This document shows positions 56,515 through 64,000 of a DNA stretch of 64,000 nucleotides, piece after piece. The notes below the pieces were generated by a model. That model saw only the letters and a program-made list of their open reading frames with translations, made no database searches and was not told where the DNA came from. Made by a program: the position numbers and the translations under genes. Numbering within the stretch: the stretch's first letter is position 1; each line of letters opens with the position of its first letter. The stretch comes from Candidatus Latescibacterota bacterium (lineage in GTDB: Bacteria > Latescibacterota > UBA2968 > GCA-2709665), in assembly GCA_965116875.1 (NCBI GenBank), contig OZ220733.1, forward strand, positions 512,001 through 576,000. The letters run 5' to 3'.

Positions 56515-57570
56515 ATGATGCGAGACGACCCCATGGACCCCGAGACCGGTTTCAACTTCTCCCCATCGGTGCATCACCGGCACCTGTTGGACACATTCAA
56601 ACCCTCGCTGTCGTATCGCGGCGACGACCTCAAGCCGTGGCAGCGGAAACTTCGCCGAAAGGTCCGTCAGCTTGTCGGGGATATGCCTGAAGAACGTGTT
56701 TCCCTGGATGTCCGCACCGTCTGGAAGCGGGACCACGCGCTTGGGAGTATCGAGAAAATCGTCTATGCCGCCGAGCCGTACGCCGACGTTCCCGCGTACG
56801 TGTGCCTGCCGGGGGGCGTCGAACCGCCCTACACCTTTTTCATCTGTCTCCAGGGACATTCGACGGGTATGCACAATTCCATTGCAGTGGACAGGGAGGA
56901 TAACGCCGCACCAATCGACGTACCCGGCGACAGGGACTTCGGCCTCGGGTGCATGAAACGCGGCATTGCCGCCCTGTGCATCGAACAGCGTTCATTCGGC
57001 GAACGACGGGAGCGGGTCCAGCAGAAAATATCCTCTCATGGTTGCCATGACGCCACGATGCACGCCCTCATGCTCGGCCGAACCCTGCTGGGCGAGCGTG
57101 TCTATGACGTGGACAGGGGAATTGACTACCTGCTTTCACGCGGAGACGCCAATCCGGGTCGCATCGGTGTGATGGGCAACTCCGGCGGGGGGACCATCAG
57201 CCTCTTTGCCTCGGCTCTTTTACCGCGAATCTCGTACGCCATGCCCTCCTGCTACTTTTGCACGTTCAGTGACTCCGTCATGTCAATCTATCACTGTGCG
57301 GACAACTACGTGCCCGGTCTCCTCAAGTACGGCGAAATGCCGGATGTGATGGGGCTCTTCGCTCCCAGGCCGGTCGTACTCGTCGCGGGGAAGGACGACG
57401 GTATTTTCCCCATTGCCGGCGTCCACAAGGCATTTCGGCATCTCAAGAAAATCTATACCGCCGCCGGCGCATCCCACCGCTGCCACCTGGTAGTCGGCAA
57501 CGGAGGCCACCGGTTCTATGCCGAGGATGCCTGGCCGGTAATGCTCAGTGAGATCGCGAAAGACGCCTGA
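56515..57570 (+). CDS. Alpha/beta hydrolase (acetylxylan-esterase/abhydrolase-7-like)
   Basis: GNSGGG nucleophile elbow, DGIFP (Asp), GGHRFY (His). Confidence 0.85.
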   Translation: MMRDDPMDPETGFNFSPSVHHRHLLDTFKPSLSYRGDDLKPWQRKLRRKVRQLVGDMPEERVSLDVRTVWKRDHALGSIEKIVYAAEPYADVPAYVCLPGGVEPPYTFFICLQGHSTGMHNSIAVDREDNAAPIDVPGDRDFGLGCMKRGIAALCIEQRSFGERRERVQQKISSHGCHDATMHALMLGRTLLGERVYDVDRGIDYLLSRGDANPGRIGVMGNSGGGTISLFASALLPRISYAMPSCYFCTFSDSVMSIYHCADNYVPGLLKYGEMPDVMGLFAPRPVVLVAGKDDGIFPIAGVHKAFRHLKKIYTAAGASHRCHLVVGNGGHRFYAEDAWPVMLSEIAKDA

Positions 57571-57573
57571 TAC

Positions 57574-57599
57574 AAAAAAGGCGCGGAATGCGCCGCGCC
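57574..57599 (-). terminator. Possible minus-strand intrinsic terminator
   Basis: On the minus strand: GGCGCGG-cgcatt-CCGCGCC-T6. Confidence 0.45.
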
Positions 57600-57625
57600 C
57601 CACAGTTGGCGAGGAGACCCTGCCA

Positions 57626-58093
57626 ATGAAATACTGGCTGATGAAGTGCGAACTCAGCGAATGCAGCTTCGACGACCTGAAGAACAACCGCCCGAACAGC
57701 ACCGGAAAGTGGCGCGGCGTTCGCAACTACCAGGCCCGAAACTTCATCCGGGACGACATGCAAACGGGCGACGTCGTCCTCTTCTACCAGTCAAATTGTG
57801 AAGAACCCGGAATTGCGGGGCTGGCGGAAATCGTGCGCGCGGCCTACCCCGACCCTTCGGCCTTCGACCCGGACAGCAGCTACTACGATGCCAGATCGAC
57901 GCCCGACGATCCCCGCTGGTACTCCGTAGACGTTAAATGGAAAGAGGCCTTCAAGACGTATGTTCATCTTAAAGACCTCAAGACCAATCCCGCATTGAAA
58001 GAAATGCTGGTTGTTCGGAGGGGCCAGCGTCTGTCCATCCAGCCTGTAAAGAAAAGGGAGTTCGAAGTCGTCAGCGAAATGGGAGGGGTCTGA
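57626..58093 (+). CDS. EVE domain protein
   Basis: YWLMK.E, W.GVRNYQARN, YPD...FDP...YYD and RLSIQPV motifs. Confidence 0.92.
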   Translation: MKYWLMKCELSECSFDDLKNNRPNSTGKWRGVRNYQARNFIRDDMQTGDVVLFYQSNCEEPGIAGLAEIVRAAYPDPSAFDPDSSYYDARSTPDDPRWYSVDVKWKEAFKTYVHLKDLKTNPALKEMLVVRRGQRLSIQPVKKREFEVVSEMGGV

Positions 58094-58158
58094 AATCATC
58101 CCGTACCCCGGTACGATATCGAGATCGTGCCACGCGGCCGACGCGCAGGTTTCCCGGT

Positions 58159-58995
58159 TCAACCAGGGGTCTCCGGAACTTCCACCGGCAGGTCCAGCCG
58201 GTCGCCCCATTCCTTCCACGACCCGAGATAGTTGCGCACGTTTCGATAGCCGAGCAGGCGCAACGCCAGGTACGAATGGGAGGAACGGTACCCGCCCTGT
58301 CAGTAACACGCCACCGTCTGCTCCGGCGTCACACCAGCACGCTCGTACATCTCCCGCAACTTTGCCGCCGGCTTGAACGCACCCGTCTCATCCAGGTTGT
58401 TCAGATACTCGATATGTACGGCGTGGGGAATGGCGCCGCCCCGGGCGGAACGCGCCACCCGGCCGGTATACTCGTCGTCGCTTCGCGTATCCAGCGGCAC
58501 GAAATCCGCCTCTCCCAGCGAATCCCGAATCTCCTCGAAGCCGATATGGCGATTCACGTCGGTCGCCATTTCGAACGTGGCCTGATCCGGGATCGGGACG
58601 TCGGCTGTCGTCTCGTATCCCGCCGCCTTCCAGGCCTGAAGCCCCCCGTCCAGAACGTGTACGTCGCGGTGGCCCAGATATTCGCAAATCCAGAATCCTC
58701 TGGCCGCGCGCATTCCGGAGTCGTTCTCGTAAAACACCACCGTCGCATCGGAGCTGATTCCCCGGCTTCCCATCAGGTAGGCCAGTGTCCACATAAACGC
58801 TTCGAACGCATCGCGTCCGGTGTTGTTCAGACTGATTCCGTAGAGGTCCAGGTGGAGCGCCCCCGGAATATGACCGGAAACGTACTCGTGCGTGGGCCGG
58901 ACGTCCACAATGCAAATCGATGCGTCCTCGAGGCGAACATGCAACTGCGCGGGTGTGATCAGCAGATCGGGATTCGCGTATCCCTTATCTTCCAT
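58159..58995 (-). CDS. Two-domain rhodanese/sulfurtransferase with an in-frame TGA at the catalytic position (probable selenocysteine, U232)
   Basis: GHIPGA, LDGG, LDTRS..EY and GGAIP motifs. After TGA (58300-58302) the frame continues [46 protein letters not shown], which contains the rhodanese C-terminal signature. Confidence 0.85.
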
Positions 58996-60059
58996 CAATG
59001 TCCCTCCTGACAGTAATAGGCGTTGACTTCAATACATCGCCCGCCCTGCCGGGCAGAGTCCCAACCAGCGAGAATTGGCGCCAGGGAATACAGTCCATCG
59101 TGGTAATCATTCAGGATCCCTTCGCGATCACCGGAACGCACCGCCTCCACAAAGATCCGATCCTGCTCGAACCAGGGATCGAAATCCCCGCACCGATACA
59201 CCGTCTCGCCGTTCAGGTCGATTCTGTCGTAGCTGTAAATCTCCAGCCGTCCCCCTTCGAAGAAAAACGTGAACCACGGCTGCGTCGTTCCGGACGGGTC
59301 CGCACGTACGAACGTCATCGCCATCGTCGCGCCGTTGTCCAGGAGGAAATGGAAGGAGGACGAGAGCGGATCGCTGAAAACATCGGACTGCTCGCAATAG
59401 AAAGCCTGGGCTTTTTCGACTTCCAATCCGGTCGTAAACCGGATGTAATCCACGGCATGCACACCCCAGTCGAGCGCCGGACCGCCCGATTTGTCCGTCT
59501 GGCGCCACCAGGAAGCCTGTTCCACTCCCTCTTTGCGCGGCGGCGGTCCGCCCACGGATCGAAACACGACGTGCACGACCTGCTTCTTCGAGAGAATCCG
59601 CCGCGCCTCCCTGAAGAGCGGTCGATACCGTTCCCGAAAACAGACCGTACTCAACACGCCCGCATTCCGGACCGCCTTGTCGATCTTGAGAGCCACCGCC
59701 ATCCGAAGCGCCTGCGGCTTTTCGCTGAACAGATGAATGCCGCGATCCACGGCTCTGATTTCGACGTCCGTGCGGGCAAAGGCCGGCACGATTGAATAGA
59801 GTACGTCGAACCGCTCCTTCTCCACCATCTCGCGGCCATCGGTATAAACCGCCGGAATATCAAAGCGCTCCGCCGTGCGACGCAGGGCCGCGGCGTCCAC
59901 GTCGCAGGCTGCCACGACGTCCACGCCCAGCTTCTTCAGGTTCGGAACGTGGGTCTGGTTCGCCCACGACCCGGTACCGTAAACCGCCGCTCGGACCGCG
60001 CGTCCGGACACGCCCGCCGACGACGGCCGGAGGTCGATTTCTCCCCGTTTCCTTTTCAC
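58995..60059 (-). CDS. Gfo/Idh/MocA family oxidoreductase
   Basis: GTGSWA, HLFSEKP, SGG and GVHAVD motifs. Start approximate (GTG 60059); the stop overlaps the sulfurtransferase ATG. Confidence 0.85.
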   Translation of the reverse strand: MKRKRGEIDLRPSSAGVSGRAVRAAVYGTGSWANQTHVPNLKKLGVDVVAACDVDAAALRRTAERFDIPAVYTDGREMVEKERFDVLYSIVPAFARTDVEIRAVDRGIHLFSEKPQALRMAVALKIDKAVRNAGVLSTVCFRERYRPLFREARRILSKKQVVHVVFRSVGGPPPRKEGVEQASWWRQTDKSGGPALDWGVHAVDYIRFTTGLEVEKAQAFYCEQSDVFSDPLSSSFHFLLDNGATMAMTFVRADPSGTTQPWFTFFFEGGRLEIYSYDRIDLNGETVYRCGDFDPWFEQDRIFVEAVRSGDREGILNDYHDGLYSLAPILAGWDSARQGGRCIEVNAYYCQEGH

Positions 60060-60063
60060 CTGC

Positions 60064-61341
60064 TCAATCCTTCGCCAGCGACTCCGCTGTCTGCACGATG
60101 GTCTGCTCCTCCCCCTGGAATCGAGCCGGTTCGCCGTAATAGGGGTACGCGTTGGGCTCGTACCCCCCCTCCTCGTATTGCCGGTCGGTACAGAGGTATC
60201 CGATTTCGTCGTTCGCGTATCCCACCGGCCACACGTCATCCGCGTCCACCAGCCCCCGCAGTCGTCTTTCAATCGCGTGGCCGATCTCCTGTACCGGTTC
60301 GCCCGGAATGGTGACACACGTCAGAGGGCCCACCGCCATCAACTGCATCTCTGTCGCGCGGCCGTCAGGAATGCCGCCGCTTTCGATCATCTCAAGAACA
60401 CCCTGGGCCCACGGCCCGGTCAACAGGCGGCCTCTCACGCTCTCGTCAGCCGCCTTCTCCCGAAGACCCTCAATGGGATCGTGTTCCCCGAATGAGATCT
60501 GCACGTCGGTACGGCGCGCTGTCAGTTGCGAGGACCGCCGGGTCTTCAGACTCCCTGCCACCCGCACCACCTCCCGGCCCAGTTCCTCGCCGCAGGCATC
60601 CAGCTCGGCCTTGGTGGCGGATTTGAACCCCCCCGTTTCCCGGTTGATTACAGCGGGCCGGATATTCCCGAAACACCCCGCCAGAAACAGCGCCTTACAC
60701 CCCAGCGTGTCTTCAATCACCCGCCGGGCGATGCCCGCGTAGTCGGGTGAAATATAACCCTCGGACCCACTTTTCGTGGTGGTATGGCATGAATAGTGAA
60801 ACAGCACCGCCCGTGGAGCCCCGTCCTCCGCCTCGACCAGAAGCACGCGCGCGCGCCGGTCCACGATACCGCCGAAATTCAGCATCATGCCGGATGTGCC
60901 GGGCAGCGGCCGTCTGCAGATGTTGAAATGCGCCGACCCACAGCCCAACCCCATCCGTACCGGCTTGAGATCCGCCGCCGCGCGGACGATGGCCGCCGCG
61001 GTTTCTTTCTCAATGGTATCCATCCATCCCTCCGGCGGTTCCATTCCCAGACAGGGGAGTGTTGCCGGGGCAGAATGCGTGTGGCTGCACGCTATCATCA
61101 CGTGATCCCCCGGGATGCCGCACGCCGCCTCCACACGTTCCCGGATCCGATCGGTCGTCTCCTTATTCACGCCGATTACATCCAGGGTGGCGATCGCCGT
61201 CCTCACGTCCGCCTCTTCGAACACGACAGCGCGGACTTCCAGCGGGTACAGCACCGAGTGGGAAGGACTCGTACTCCAGTGCCCCTGCAGCACTGAACCC
61301 GGTTCCGGCGTAATGTCTGACGATGCAACGCCGCTTTTCAT
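60064..61341 (-). CDS. Neutral/alkaline ceramidase-like amidohydrolase
   Basis: CSHTHSAP, HYSCH, SPDYAG, GCFGN, PGEP and YEEGGYE motifs. Confidence 0.78.
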   Translation of the reverse strand: MKSGVASSDITPEPGSVLQGHWSTSPSHSVLYPLEVRAVVFEEADVRTAIATLDVIGVNKETTDRIRERVEAACGIPGDHVMIACSHTHSAPATLPCLGMEPPEGWMDTIEKETAAAIVRAAADLKPVRMGLGCGSAHFNICRRPLPGTSGMMLNFGGIVDRRARVLLVEAEDGAPRAVLFHYSCHTTTKSGSEGYISPDYAGIARRVIEDTLGCKALFLAGCFGNIRPAVINRETGGFKSATKAELDACGEELGREVVRVAGSLKTRRSSQLTARRTDVQISFGEHDPIEGLREKAADESVRGRLLTGPWAQGVLEMIESGGIPDGRATEMQLMAVGPLTCVTIPGEPVQEIGHAIERRLRGLVDADDVWPVGYANDEIGYLCTDRQYEEGGYEPNAYPYYGEPARFQGEEQTIVQTAESLAKD

Positions 61342-61390
61342 GGTTTTCTCCTTTGACGTGTCGGGAAGACGAGGTTTAAGGTCGGCACCC

Positions 61391-61741
61391 CTATGGTTGC
61401 CGCGAGATTCGCACGCGCCCACCCCGAATCGTAACTACCGCCTGGTTCTCCAGGGCGACACGATGTTTCTCAATAGTCTGCGACATTAAGGCGATTCGCT
61501 GTTCTACCGGAACATCCGGAAGACGCACCAACCCCGCGTGCCTCGCCCGTCTGACATAAATGAGTTCTCCGAAGTCTGTATCGATCGTCACCAGGATTCT
61601 ACCAGCACCATCGGCTTGTTTCAGCAGTTCCCAGTCGCCTGGGTCGTGTCCAAGCTCACGGGACTCCAACACGTCATGTCCCTGGCCCCTGAGCCATACC
61701 GACAGACGGTGCCCAACGCACCTGTCGACGAGGAATTTCAC
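61391..61741 (-). CDS. DUF5615 PIN-like toxin
   Basis: MKFLVD.C, GHDV, D.ELL..A...RILVT.D.DFGEL motifs. Confidence 0.85.
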   Translation of the reverse strand: MKFLVDRCVGHRLSVWLRGQGHDVLESRELGHDPGDWELLKQADGAGRILVTIDTDFGELIYVRRARHAGLVRLPDVPVEQRIALMSQTIEKHRVALENQAVVTIRGGRVRISRQP

Positions 61742-61989
61742 GAATCCGAGATCGCAATGGCGTCAAGTGAATCTCTGGCGATACAGGCGTGCGCATAGGC
61801 GGCACAAGCGCGAATGTCATCCGGTTCCAGTTCGGGGTAGTCCTCCAGGATGGCATCAGTCGACACGCCCTTTGCCAGCAGGCTGAGAACAATCTCGACC
61901 GAGATTCTCATATCGCGAATAATAGGTTTTCCACCAAAAACGTCAGGACGAGCAGTAATTCGGCCAAGCAGTTCAGTATTGCCGGTCAT
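61738..61989 (-). CDS. DUF433 antitoxin
   Basis: RIT..P.VFGGKP.IR..RI.V...YP.LE..DI.AC..YA; overlaps the toxin start. Confidence 0.88.
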   Translation of the reverse strand: MTGNTELLGRITARPDVFGGKPIIRDMRISVEIVLSLLAKGVSTDAILEDYPELEPDDIRACAAYAHACIARDSLDAIAISDS

Positions 61990-62114
61990 GTCACCTCCGA
62001 TGATTGAACGGGAAAGCGGCCTGCGCCTACCGCTCCGGAATATAACACACACATACCAAAAAAAAAAGTCCGAGCGGCCATGAATCTTCCTGTCCAAGCC
62101 TCGATCGAACCCAT

Positions 62115-62150
62115 AAAAAAGCTGGCCTGTCCAACTCCTGACAGGCCCGC
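62115..62150 (-). terminator. Intrinsic terminator of the RND gene
   Basis: On the minus strand: GCGGGCCTGTC-loop-GACAGGCCAGC-T6. Confidence 0.7.
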
Positions 62151-62173
62151 GCCACGTCTGTTTCCGGGGAGGT

Positions 62174-64000
62174 TTAGCTGGTGTGCTTCTGCTCGACGCG
62201 TTTTTCCATCCACTCGTAGATGACCGGCAGGAGAACCAGGGTCAACAGGGTCGAAGTGATGAGGCCGCCTACCACGACGGAGGCGAGCGGACGCTGCGTC
62301 TCGGCGCCCACACCCGAAGACAGCAACATCGGCATCAGACCCAGGATGGACGTACTCGCGGTCATCAGGACGGGTCGCAGGCGAAGCGCGGCTCCCTGCC
62401 GCACCGCTTCTTCCACGGAATGTCCCTGCTGCCTGAGTTCGTTGATGAAGCTGACGAGAACGATGCCGTTCAGCATCGCCACGCCGAAAACGGCAATGAA
62501 TCCGATGGCCGATGGCACCGACACGTACTGCCCGCTGATGAAGAGCGCGATCAACCCCCCAATGGTGGCAAAGGGCACGTTTGCGATAATCAACGTGGCG
62601 AATTTCACCGAGTTAAAGGCAGTGTACAACAACACGAAAATGAAGAAGATCGTGAGCGGGACGATAACCGACAGTCGCGCCAGCGCGCGCTGCTGATTCT
62701 CGAAGGCGCCACCCCATTCGATCCAGTAGCCCGGCGGCAGGTCGACGTGACTTTCAATGGCCGCGTTCGCGTCCCGGACAAACCCGTCGATATCGCGGCC
62801 CCGGACGTCCATCTGGATCACCGCATAGCGGTACAGCTGCTCCCGGCGCACGAACGAATATCCCTGCGCCACGCTCACGTCGGTGACTTCCGAAAGGGGA
62901 ATGATAGCGCCGGTGGGCGTCTTGAGCGGGATGCGCTCGATCGCCTGCACGGAGGACTTGGACGCGTCGTCCAGGCGTGCGGTGATGTCGAACCGCCGGA
63001 CGCCGTCGATCAGGGTGGAGACCGGTTCGTTGCCGATACCCGTCCGCACAACCGACAACACGTCGTCGGCATTCAGACCGAAGCGCGCAAGGCGGTCTCT
63101 CCTGACCTGGATGCGAATCTGCGGCTTGCCGACATTGGCCTCGAGCGACAGGTCGGCCACGCCGTCGACAGAGGCGATGACGTCCATGACCCGGGCGCTC
63201 AACCGGTCGAGTTCCGACAGGTCCTCACCGTAGATCTTCGCGGCCAGCGTCGCGCGAACGCCGGATATGAGCTCCTCCACGCGCATCTGGATCGGCTGCG
63301 TGAACGCCACGACAGCCGTGGGTACCACGAGTTCCAGTTTCTCCCGCATCGCGACGGCGAGTTCCCCGATGTCCCTGTCGCCCGGCCACTCATCCTCGGG
63401 TTTGAGTTCGGTGTAGATCTCCATGTAGTTCACGTCGGCCGTCTCACCCTTCTCGGCGCGACCGATCATCGCGACGGTTGTCCTGACTTCGGGAAATCCA
63501 GACAGGGCGTTTTCGATGTCCTTGGAAATTGCAATCGATTGCTCGAGCGACGCGGAGGGGATGGACGTGACGCGCCACATGATCGAGCCCTCCTGCAACT
63601 GGGGCATGAACTCCCTGCCGAGCATGGGAAAGAGCGCGAGACTTGCCGCCAACAGCCCCACGGCGACACGGACCACGACCTTCTTGTTCGCGAGGGCGCC
63701 GGACAGGAGCGGGATATACCACGCCCTGACCGCGCGTACGAGCCACGTATCGCGCTGCTCCTTCGGCTTGAGGATCAGCGCGGCCAATACAGGAATCAGC
63801 GTAAGCGTCAGCACGAGCGAACCGGCCATCGCGAAGCTGATATTGAATGCCATGGGCTTGAACAGTTTTCCTTCAAGTCCCTCGAGCGCAAACAGCGGCA
63901 GAAACACCACAATGATGATAATGATGGCGAAAGCGATCGGATTCGCCACGCTTCGCGCGGCGGCCAGCACGGCGCGGGAACGATCGACGGTCTGACCGGC
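62174..64000 (-). CDS. CusA/CzcA family heavy-metal efflux RND transporter (3' part; 5' end outside the window)
   Basis: GLEGKLFKPMA, EFMPQL.EG, QPIQMRVEEL, GFIAVFGVAMLNG and RLRPVLMTA motifs. Confidence 0.93.
   Translation of the reverse strand, partial: AGQTVDRSRAVLAAARSVANPIAFAIIIIIVVFLPLFALEGLEGKLFKPMAFNISFAMAGSLVLTLTLIPVLAALILKPKEQRDTWLVRAVRAWYIPLLSGALANKKVVVRVAVGLLAASLALFPMLGREFMPQLQEGSIMWRVTSIPSASLEQSIAISKDIENALSGFPEVRTTVAMIGRAEKGETADVNYMEIYTELKPEDEWPGDRDIGELAVAMREKLELVVPTAVVAFTQPIQMRVEELISGVRATLAAKIYGEDLSELDRLSARVMDVIASVDGVADLSLEANVGKPQIRIQVRRDRLARFGLNADDVLSVVRTGIGNEPVSTLIDGVRRFDITARLDDASKSSVQAIERIPLKTPTGAIIPLSEVTDVSVAQGYSFVRREQLYRYAVIQMDVRGRDIDGFVRDANAAIESHVDLPPGYWIEWGGAFENQQRALARLSVIVPLTIFFIFVLLYTAFNSVKFATLIIANVPFATIGGLIALFISGQYVSVPSAIGFIAVFGVAMLNGIVLVSFINELRQQGHSVEEAVRQGAALRLRPVLMTASTSILGLMPMLLSSGVGAETQRPLASVVVGGLITSTLLTLVLLPVIYEWMEKRVEQKHTS

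Noticed and set aside
58300-58302. Genome-wide TGA reassignment (genetic code 4 or 25)
   Set aside because: TGA ends other genes at their expected C-termini (e.g. kbl, mmsA, pdxJ), Trp is encoded by TGG, and the read-through site is specifically the catalytic Cys position.

Overview
This is a GC-rich bacterial chromosomal window with about 60 genes. The lineage is inferred, not proven, to be Latescibacterota/Gemmatimonadota-like and possibly host- or sponge-associated. The basis is the many sulfatases, PhyH dioxygenases, Gfo/Idh/MocA and enolase-superfamily enzymes, a Sel1 protein and repeated 'DFDGDGxVxFxDFLxFxxxFG' EF-hand/dockerin-like tags. From left to right: (1) a truncated IS1380-family transposase absent from the ORF track; (2) catabolic genes including a tandem queF plus catalytically dead queF paralog, and kbl; (3) a 15-22 kb island of secreted or membrane-anchored proteins sharing a dockerin-like module, including an S8 protease with cohesin-like and dockerin-like domains; (4) a convergent FkbM-PepP-P450 / HAD-enolase-GH3 cluster; (5) pdxJ, toxin-antitoxin-like pairs, and a sulfatase/PhyH/mmsA/MFS/AKR operon; (6) a complete mosaic heme-uptake locus (HmuTUV, TonB receptor, dockerin-tagged double HmuY, IsdG-like monooxygenase) next to tRNA-Pro(TGG); (7) tandem M19 dipeptidases; (8) a two-domain sulfurtransferase whose catalytic Cys codon is an in-frame TGA (probable selenoprotein); (9) a partial CusA/CzcA pump. 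Two MITE families and several REP-like palindromes are dispersed. No CRISPR array, prophage or rRNA was seen. All family assignments come from motif recognition by eye; no database searches were run.
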